DNA of 32,000 nt from Candidatus Electrothrix sp. GW3-4 (GTDB taxonomy: Bacteria > Desulfobacterota > Desulfobulbia > Desulfobulbales > Desulfobulbaceae), in contig NZ_CP147990.1 of assembly GCF_037902255.1 (NCBI RefSeq), positions 3,600,001 to 3,632,000 on the forward strand. The letters run 5' to 3'. How positions within the stretch are numbered: the stretch's first letter is position 1; each line of letters begins with the position of its first letter. The position numbers and the translations under genes are program-made. Below are positions 1 through 7,083 of this stretch, one piece after another. The notes under the pieces are model-generated. The model did no database searches and was not told the origin of the DNA. It was given only the letters and a program-made list of their open reading frames with translations.

Positions 1-242
1 AGATGAAGGAAATGACCACCTGCATGGTCAAGACCCACCTCTCTCTGTCCCATGATCCCAAGCTCAAGGGAACCCCCAAGGGCTGGACCCTGCCCATTCG
101 CGATATCCTCACCTATAAGGGTGCAGGCTTTGTCGTGCCCGTGGCCGGTGCCATCAGCCTGATGCCAGGTACTGCATCTGATCCGGCCTATCGCCGCATT
201 GATGTGGACACCGAGACAGGTAAGGTGAAGGGCGTCTTCTAG
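1..242 (+). CDS. fhs: formate--tetrahydrofolate ligase, C-terminal fragment (5' end lies outside the window)
   Basis: The ORF is open to the window edge. Its tail, ...[43 protein letters not shown]...[13 protein letters not shown], matches the conserved Fhs C-terminus as I remember it (SLSxDPxLxGxPxGxxxPIRD...GAGF...MPG...GLF end). Confidence 0.8.
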   Translation, partial: MKEMTTCMVKTHLSLSHDPKLKGTPKGWTLPIRDILTYKGAGFVVPVAGAISLMPGTASDPAYRRIDVDTETGKVKGVF

Positions 243-301
243 AGCCCTCTAATATAGCGAGGGCGGTCCGTGAACCGTGCCTCTGCATATTGAACAACGC
301 T

Positions 302-343
302 AACGGGCCGGAGGGAGAAATCCTTTCGGCCCGTTCTGTTTTG
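302..343 (+). terminator. Rho-independent terminator downstream of fhs
   Basis: aacgggccggaggga-GAAA-tcctttcggcccgtt forms a roughly 15-bp stem (two G.U pairs) with a GAAA tetraloop, followed by ctgttttg. Confidence 0.65.
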
Positions 344-562
344 TGGCAGAATGATGTTGTTACTGGTAGAGTTCTGGTCCTTGTCTCGGAGAAAATTTGC
401 AGCGCAAGAGGATGCTCTGTCGGATGCTCTGTCGTTTTTCGCTACAGTATTGACCTGTCTGGTGACCGCTCTGCACCTCTATGTTTTTCTGCGTCTGGCC
501 TCCCTGCCCTTGATTAGGAGAGGAAATGGGCGCAGGGCGTTGATCATCATCGGGGTGCTGAT

Positions 563-1567
563 GTGGTTGATTTTTCTCCTGGGGCGGATGTTTCACAGGC
601 AAGAGAATGGCCCGCTGATGACATTATTCGAGGTTTTTTTTTGAGCATGCAGTGGATGGGAACCCTGTTCCTGTTAGCAGTAGCTCTACTCGTTGTGGAC
701 CTGTCCACTGGCTTTGGCCTGTTTCTGTCCAAGGCGATTGTGCTTCGTATCCGCACAGCAGGCTTGGCCTGTAGCGCTGTTTTGGTACTGATTGCCCATG
801 TACAAGGCTTGCGCCCTCCAGCTGTTGAGCAGTATGAAATTCCTGTCAACGGGTTGCCTGCTGACCTGGATGGCATTACCATCGCAATACTCTCTGACCT
901 GCATCTGGGGGAGATGCTGCTGAATGCGGACTGGCTCAATGCCCGTGTCCGGCAGGTACAGGCCAGTCAGCCGGACTGTATCGTCCTGGTCGGCGACTTA
1001 TTTGAATGGAGCAGTGATCCGGTGGCCCTGTCCCCGGTCCTGCGGCAGCTCTCCGCTCCGCTGGGTGTATTTGCGGTACGGGGCAATCATGAGAGACTTC
1101 GCCCTCGTCGCCCTGATCATGCCGGGAAAATCCTGACTGCGTCTGGTATCCGTCTGCTGACTAACGAATGGACAGAATTGGCCAGCGGGTTGGTGTTGGT
1201 CGGAATTGATGACCTGACCTCTATCCGTCGTCAGGGCGGGGGAGGGCAAGACCATCTTACCCGAGCCTTGGCTAATCGCCCTGCCGGTGCGACACTCCTC
1301 CTGTCCCATACACCTTGGTTGGTCGAGCAGGCGGCGGCTCATGGAGTGGATCTTATGCTCTCCGGCCACACCCATAATGGGCAGATTTGGCCCTTCAGCT
1401 ATCTGGTTCACACCCGCTACCCTTTTCTTGGTGGTCAATACAGGGTTGTGGATATGAACCTCTTTGTTTGTCGGGGTACAGGAACCTGGGGGCCGCGAAT
1501 GCGTCTCTGGCAGCGTGGTGAGATTGCCCTGGTAACACTGCGCTGTCCAGCCGAGCTGCCTCAGTGA
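563..1567 (+). CDS. membrane-anchored metallophosphoesterase (calcineurin-like, COG1408/YaeI-type); N-terminus probably disrupted by a frameshift (see findings)
   Basis: Metallophosphoesterase motifs are present: DLHLG, GDLF, GNHE, SGHTHNGQ. A TM segment (WMGTLFLLAVALLVVDL) precedes the catalytic domain. The upstream ORF 351..644, in another frame, encodes the two TM helices expected at the N-terminus of this family. Confidence 0.85.
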   Translation: MVDFSPGADVSQAREWPADDIIRGFFLSMQWMGTLFLLAVALLVVDLSTGFGLFLSKAIVLRIRTAGLACSAVLVLIAHVQGLRPPAVEQYEIPVNGLPADLDGITIAILSDLHLGEMLLNADWLNARVRQVQASQPDCIVLVGDLFEWSSDPVALSPVLRQLSAPLGVFAVRGNHERLRPRRPDHAGKILTASGIRLLTNEWTELASGLVLVGIDDLTSIRRQGGGGQDHLTRALANRPAGATLLLSHTPWLVEQAAAHGVDLMLSGHTHNGQIWPFSYLVHTRYPFLGGQYRVVDMNLFVCRGTGTWGPRMRLWQRGEIALVTLRCPAELPQ

Positions 1568-2022
1568 AAAAGTTGCCTTGTTGAGTAACAGAGTAGTTGT
1601 TATGGTGTTGTTATGGTGCGGGTGAGTAGTCCTGGCTTTACCAGGGGTGAAGCGCCTGCTCTCTGTCGCTTATGCTTTCCAGGAATGGATCAAGGACGAC
1701 TTGTTTTGTTCTCCTCTTTAAGGCCAAAGTATCTGGTGGGGCTTCAATAAAAAACAGAGCAGGAGGGAAAATCACTTTTGGCCCGTTTTTTTTTGTAGTA
1801 AGTTGTAGTAAAATAAGAAACCGTAGTTTGAAAAAGCAGTTAAAAAAGATCACAGACTCTTACTCCTTAAAAAATATACGATATGTCCTCCTCCGAAAAA
1901 ACGCCATAGGGGCTGGCAAGGCGTCGAGCATAAAGCGTGTCCGTTAATCATCAAAATGATGTGTGCCAGAAGAAGCAACTCTATAACTTGTTCCTGTGAT
2001 AGGAAATTTTCCCCAAGATATT

Positions 2023-4278
2023 ATGGCAAAAAAAACAACAGCCCCAAAAGCACCACAAAAAGCCTCTCTGAAACGAACTGTTAAGGATCAATCCGGGGCG
2101 GGCAAGCTTAAGATTGGTGAACTTCTGCAAAAGGCGGGCTATATCACTGCGGCAGAGTTCAATAACGCCAAGGCGATCAGTAAAAAGACCGGATATAGAT
2201 TAGGAAAGATTCTGGTCGAGAATGGGACGATTGAGTCTGATACGATTCCCAATTTTCTCAGTCGGCAGCATAACTATACGTTGGTGAATATTGCAGAGGA
2301 AGCTCCGAGTCAGGATGCTGTCAAACTGGTTCCCTATGAAATCGCCAAGAGATATCTCGCCTTTCCCCTCAGGATTGCTGGTGACACCTTGCAGGTCACC
2401 ATGGCCGAGCCCACTGACTCCCTTGAGGTGGAAGAACTGCAAAATGAGGTCAAAAAAGGGCTTGATGTCTGTGTCTCCACGGCCAGAGATATTATTGAGG
2501 CCTATAAGACCTATTATAAGATCAGCGAGGAGGAATATAAATCCTTTTTTTCAGAGGATGATGATCAGGATGTTCAGGTTGAAGAGGTTGAGGACTGGGG
2601 TGCTTTGGTCTCCGATGTTGCCGATGAGTTTGAATTTGAAGAGAACAAGGAAGATGACGAGGGCATGGCCGGTCAGTTTTCCGCCAATGACGCGCCGATC
2701 ATTAAGCTGGTGAACGGTATCCTGGTCAAGGCCGTACAGGACGGGGTCAGTGATATCCATATTGAACCTTTTGAAAAGACCATGCAGGTTCGTTACCGTA
2801 AGGACGGCTCCCTTTTCAAATCCATGAACCTGCCTCTGACCATTAAAAACGCCCTGATTGCTCGGATGAAGATCCTCGCAGACCTGAATATCACCGAGCG
2901 CAGGGTTCCGCAAGATGGCCGTATCAGGATTCGTCTGGGAAGAAATAAGGCCGTCGACTTTCGTGTCTCCACCCTGCCCTTGCTCCACGGGGAAGGGACA
3001 GTCCTCCGTATTTTGGATAAGGGCTCCTTGAATGTCGATTTGACAAAACTGGGCTTTGAACCGGAAACTTTTGAGATCCTGAAGAAATGCCTATCCAGTC
3101 CCCAGGGACTGCTTCTGGTCACCGGTCCGACCGGTTCCGGAAAGACCGTTACCCTCTACTCGGCCTTGAACTCCCTGAACACTGAGGATATAAAAATCCT
3201 GACCGCAGAGGATCCGGTTGAGTTTAACTTTAAGGGAATCAATCAGGTTAACGTCAATACCGAGGTCGGCATGACCTTTCCTGCCGCGCTCAAGGCCTTT
3301 CTCCGTCAGGATCCAGATATCATTATGGTTGGTGAGATTCGTGATATCAGTACAGCGGAGATCGCCATGAAGGCCGCTATGACAGGCCATCTGGTTTTTA
3401 GCACCCTCCATACCAACGACTCCCCCTCAACCGTTGGTCGTATGGTGGATATCGGTATCCCTCCCTATCTGTTAGCATCTTCGCTGACCATGGTTCTGGC
3501 CCAGCGTCTGGGCCGTAGACTTTGCGCGAAATGTAAGCAGCCTGTTACTTATGAGCGGCAGGAACTCATCAATATCGGTTTTACTGAGGAACAAATTGAT
3601 GCTGAAGGCTTTCAGATCTACGCTCCTAAAGGTTGTCCGACCTGCAACGGCCTTGGCTATAAGGGCCGAGTCGGCTTCTTTGAACTGTTGGAGGTTACCG
3701 AGGAGGTAGGCCAGGCTATTCAGGCCGAGGTCTCAGAAGAGCAACTTCGTAAGGTTGCCGTTCAGTCAGGGATGGTCCCGCTCCGGCAGGCCGCTATTAA
3801 AAAGGCGATTCAGGGGATCACCAGCATAGATGAGGTGCTGCGTCGAACCGTGGCCCATGAAGATACCATGCCCGCCTACCTCGTTAACCCGGATATCGAA
3901 GAATATGAGGACGGCGACATCATTATTCAGGAGGGAAACGAGGATGACAGGAATTTTTATCAACTCATCCGGGGGAAGGTTGGCGTCCTGAAGCAGGGCA
4001 AAAAAATTGCGGAGATAACGGAACCTGGAGAATATTTCGGAGAAATGGCCTGTATCATGAACGAGCCAAGATACGCCTCGGTTATCTCCCTTGGCCGCTG
4101 CAAGATAAAACGATATCCCGGCGATAAACTCAATGAGCTTATTGAAAAATATCCCGAGATCTCTAAAAAGCTTTTTAAGACCATGGCCAAACGTCTCCGT
4201 AAGACCGACAATATTGTTATTCAACTTGCTGGCGGAAAAAGAACACCGAAGCCCTCTATCCCCCCACGAATGCGATGA
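2023..4278 (+). CDS. GspE/PilB-family secretion ATPase with N-terminal T2SSE_N/MshEN-like domain and C-terminal cyclic-nucleotide-binding domain
   Basis: ATPase motifs: Walker A GPTGSGKT, Walker B DPDIIMVGEIRD, His box TGHLVFSTLHTND, and a tetracysteine CAKC...CPTCNGLGYKGR. The C-terminal roughly 110 aa carry FGEMA...PRYASV, the cNMP-binding signature. I start the gene at ATG 2023 (MAKKTT...) rather than the GTG at 1996. Confidence 0.9.
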   Translation: MAKKTTAPKAPQKASLKRTVKDQSGAGKLKIGELLQKAGYITAAEFNNAKAISKKTGYRLGKILVENGTIESDTIPNFLSRQHNYTLVNIAEEAPSQDAVKLVPYEIAKRYLAFPLRIAGDTLQVTMAEPTDSLEVEELQNEVKKGLDVCVSTARDIIEAYKTYYKISEEEYKSFFSEDDDQDVQVEEVEDWGALVSDVADEFEFEENKEDDEGMAGQFSANDAPIIKLVNGILVKAVQDGVSDIHIEPFEKTMQVRYRKDGSLFKSMNLPLTIKNALIARMKILADLNITERRVPQDGRIRIRLGRNKAVDFRVSTLPLLHGEGTVLRILDKGSLNVDLTKLGFEPETFEILKKCLSSPQGLLLVTGPTGSGKTVTLYSALNSLNTEDIKILTAEDPVEFNFKGINQVNVNTEVGMTFPAALKAFLRQDPDIIMVGEIRDISTAEIAMKAAMTGHLVFSTLHTNDSPSTVGRMVDIGIPPYLLASSLTMVLAQRLGRRLCAKCKQPVTYERQELINIGFTEEQIDAEGFQIYAPKGCPTCNGLGYKGRVGFFELLEVTEEVGQAIQAEVSEEQLRKVAVQSGMVPLRQAAIKKAIQGITSIDEVLRRTVAHEDTMPAYLVNPDIEEYEDGDIIIQEGNEDDRNFYQLIRGKVGVLKQGKKIAEITEPGEYFGEMACIMNEPRYASVISLGRCKIKRYPGDKLNELIEKYPEISKKLFKTMAKRLRKTDNIVIQLAGGKRTPKPSIPPRMR

Positions 4279-5069
4279 ACAAAATTTCCGTCTATATTAT
4301 TGCCTGGAATGAAGCTGACAAGATCCGTTCTGCTCTTAACTCGGTGCTCTGGGCAGATGAAATCATCCTCGCTGATTCATACAGCGAAGATGATACTGCT
4401 GCCATTGCTCAAGAGATGGGCGCTCGGGTTGAGCAGATTACCTTTTGTGGTTTTGGTGATTTGAGGAATCGAGCTATGGCAGCCTGCACCCATGACTGGA
4501 TCTTTTCTCTGGATGCGGATGAGCGCTGTACCCCGGAGGCCCGTGATGAGATTTTGGCCGCAGTTGCCTCGGCCAATCCAGCAGATGCCTATTATATTCC
4601 TCGTCAAAATTATTTCATGGGCCGTTGGATCAAACACTCAGGCTTTTATCCTGACTACCGCCAGCCCCAGCTGTTTCGAAAAGGAACCCTGCATTTTAAG
4701 ACAGATGACCCTGTGCATGAGGAGTATACAATACGTTCTGCTCAACCGGTGAGCTATCTTCAGCAACCTATTTGGCAGTTTCCCTATAAAAATTTGGAAG
4801 AGGTCGCTCGAAAGGCAAATCGATACTCTACCTTAGGAGCCCAAAAACTGCAACAGCGCGGGCGCCGAGGAGGGATGCTGAAGGCCCTTGGACGCGGCCT
4901 GTGGTCCTTTTTTCACATGTACTTCCTGAAAAAAGGCATCTTGGATGGTTGGCCTGGCCTCGTTATTGCGATCGGTAATTTTGAAGGGACCTGGTACAAA
5001 TACGCCAAGCTCCATGAGTTGGAAGAAAACTGGCAAGCGCCTGAGTCTCCTCCTTTACGAAGGACATAA
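4275..5069 (+). CDS. family 2 glycosyltransferase, WaaE/KdtX-like LPS core glycosyltransferase
   Basis: The N-terminus ISVYIIAWNEADKIRSALNSV.WADEIILADSYSEDDT is a typical GT2 fold start, with a DAD motif (SLDADE). The start overlaps the upstream stop (ATGA). Confidence 0.8.
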   Translation: MNKISVYIIAWNEADKIRSALNSVLWADEIILADSYSEDDTAAIAQEMGARVEQITFCGFGDLRNRAMAACTHDWIFSLDADERCTPEARDEILAAVASANPADAYYIPRQNYFMGRWIKHSGFYPDYRQPQLFRKGTLHFKTDDPVHEEYTIRSAQPVSYLQQPIWQFPYKNLEEVARKANRYSTLGAQKLQQRGRRGGMLKALGRGLWSFFHMYFLKKGILDGWPGLVIAIGNFEGTWYKYAKLHELEENWQAPESPPLRRT

Positions 5070-5157
5070 AAAGCGCTCCCCCCGGCCTGCGGCCAGGACC
5101 AAACTTCAAAGTAACAGTGACGTACACGTCATATTGCTTAGAAGAATGGGTGAATGC

Positions 5158-5949
5158 TTACCTTACAAAGTATGCATCCACTCCCCGTTCACACCACACC
5201 CTCTTTTGCTCAATGGTTTCCTTGAGCAGGCGGTCATTCTCCGGGAGATAGCTGCGGTCATTTCTTGGATGATAGAGATGGTAGGCCAAGGCGTTGAATT
5301 TAACACTTCTTCGCATGAGCCCGTAATTCAGTAGTCTGGCCGTGAATTCAGAGTCTTCTCGGCCCCAGCCGATAAAATCTTCATTAAAGCCATTCACTGC
5401 CAGGGCATCCTTACGCCAAAAGGCAAAATTGCAGGTCCTCACCCCGTTCATCCCTCTGTTTTTAAAAGAAACCAAACGCGAGAGAAAGGCCGAGCGGAGG
5501 CAATTCTTTCTATTTTCAACCCCTTTTTTACAGAGGGTCTCTGGCATTTTTTTCCGGGCAAGAACAAGTCCTGAGAGCTCTTCTTTAAGGAGCACTCGGG
5601 TGCCCTGAACAAAACAACCAGGCTGGGCAAAATGGATATGGTCGGCAATGAAATGCTTTTCCATGACGATATCGCCGTCAATCAGGACGATATAATCACC
5701 AGTTGTCTTGGCTATAGCCTTATTCCTGCTTGCTGAAAGCCGAAACCCCTCATCTTGCTGCCAGGAGTGAACCACTGGGAATGTTGCCTGTGCAGCAATC
5801 CGTGCAATTATTTCTCCTGTATCTGGCCTTGAGCCATCATCAGCAACAATAATCTCGCTCGGCTTCTTCTCTTGTTGTAACCCGCTCAGCAGAGAAAGCT
5901 CTAAGGCCTCTTTCCAGTTATAGGTCGTTATAATGAGACTAACATCCAT
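5158..5949 (-). CDS. family 2 glycosyltransferase (GWGxED C-terminal motif; LPS core/LOS-type)
   Basis: VSLIITTYNWKEALELSL...IIVADDGSRPDT, DGD, and NGFNEDFIGWGREDSEF motifs. It is the last gene of the minus-strand LPS operon. Confidence 0.8.
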   Translation of the reverse strand: MDVSLIITTYNWKEALELSLLSGLQQEKKPSEIIVADDGSRPDTGEIIARIAAQATFPVVHSWQQDEGFRLSASRNKAIAKTTGDYIVLIDGDIVMEKHFIADHIHFAQPGCFVQGTRVLLKEELSGLVLARKKMPETLCKKGVENRKNCLRSAFLSRLVSFKNRGMNGVRTCNFAFWRKDALAVNGFNEDFIGWGREDSEFTARLLNYGLMRRSVKFNALAYHLYHPRNDRSYLPENDRLLKETIEQKRVWCERGVDAYFVR

Positions 5950-5955
5950 GGTCTT

Positions 5956-7083
5956 TCAGGCGAATTCTTCGGCATTTTGAAGCTTTTTTTCTGAGGCGAG
6001 AGGCAAGCGCAAAAGAGAGGTCGCTGCTTCGAACACCATTTTCGGGGAGATCTTATGCATGCAGGAGAGATGCAAGCAGCTGCGTTTTCTGCATTCAAGG
6101 CAGTCGAGTGCTTCTGCCCGGATGATGCGATGCTCGTTTTCTTGCGGGCTATAGGGACCAACTCTGCTTGGATGGGTCGGGCCAAAGAGAGCCACTACAG
6201 GGGTACGAGCTAAGGCTGCGATGTGCATGGGGCCGGAGTCAAGACCAATATAGAGAGAGGCATGCTGAATCAGAGCAGCTGACTGGGGCAGCGTTAAACG
6301 GCCAGCGGCAATGATAGGCTCTGTCTGCATCAATCGGACGATTGAAGAGAGATACTCCGTGTCCTGAGGACTCCCACCAAACACCACCGGTATACTCTTT
6401 TCATGCAGTTGATCAGTGAGGGTGGCCCAATGCTCAATAGGCCAAAATTTGCTCTGCCAGCGGGCGGCGGGATTGGCATAAACTATGGGAGAGGTCGTAT
6501 CAGTACGAATCTGCTGCGCGTGAAGAAATTGCCACATGGCTTGGCGGTCTTCTTCCCCCGTGCAGAGGTGAAAATCTGCATCTGCCACCTTAACCCTCAG
6601 GTAGGAGCAGAAGAGCAGGTTTTTATCCTGGGCATGCTCTGTCGTATCGGGAATATCAATGAGATGCTCCTGAAAAAAGCTATTGAGCTCTTTGGCTTGG
6701 CCGAATCCCACTCGTTGCCCTCCAGGGTTTGTTCGGCCCAGGAGACCACTGCGAAAAGAGGCATGCAGATCAAGGATCAAATCGTAGGGTTCCGACCTAA
6801 ACTGCCGACGTAATCTTTGTAAGGTGGTGAACGTTGCCTGCAAGGCCTTGAGCCAAGCCCCTCGACCTGCCTGGGGGTCGCTGGTCGAGGGGATATGGAT
6901 CGGGTAGACTGCATCAATGCTGTCGTCTGCCTGTAATAACGGGGCAAAGGCCCGTTGCGCAATCCAGCCAATAGAGCTGTTGGGAAAACAGCGCTTAATG
7001 GCATGGGCGACCGGCAGGGTATGCACGATATCGCCCAACGAGCTGGGCTTAATAATCAGGATGCGTTTATTGTTCAGCAACAT
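5956..7083 (-). CDS. GT9 ADP-heptose:LPS heptosyltransferase (WaaC-like)
   Basis: The N-terminus KRILIIKPSSLGDIVHTLPVAHAIK and the C-terminal IGLDSGPMHIAAL...FGPT are classic GT9 motifs. It overlaps the upstream gene by 10 nt. Confidence 0.8.
   Translation of the reverse strand: MLLNNKRILIIKPSSLGDIVHTLPVAHAIKRCFPNSSIGWIAQRAFAPLLQADDSIDAVYPIHIPSTSDPQAGRGAWLKALQATFTTLQRLRRQFRSEPYDLILDLHASFRSGLLGRTNPGGQRVGFGQAKELNSFFQEHLIDIPDTTEHAQDKNLLFCSYLRVKVADADFHLCTGEEDRQAMWQFLHAQQIRTDTTSPIVYANPAARWQSKFWPIEHWATLTDQLHEKSIPVVFGGSPQDTEYLSSIVRLMQTEPIIAAGRLTLPQSAALIQHASLYIGLDSGPMHIAALARTPVVALFGPTHPSRVGPYSPQENEHRIIRAEALDCLECRKRSCLHLSCMHKISPKMVFEAATSLLRLPLASEKKLQNAEEFA

Noticed and set aside
1914-1931. Sigma54-like promoter TGGCAAGGCGTCGAGCA upstream of the secretion ATPase gene
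   Set aside because: The -12 element (GAGCA) deviates from TTGCA, and no enhancer-binding-protein gene or UAS is evident. The match is too weak to call.
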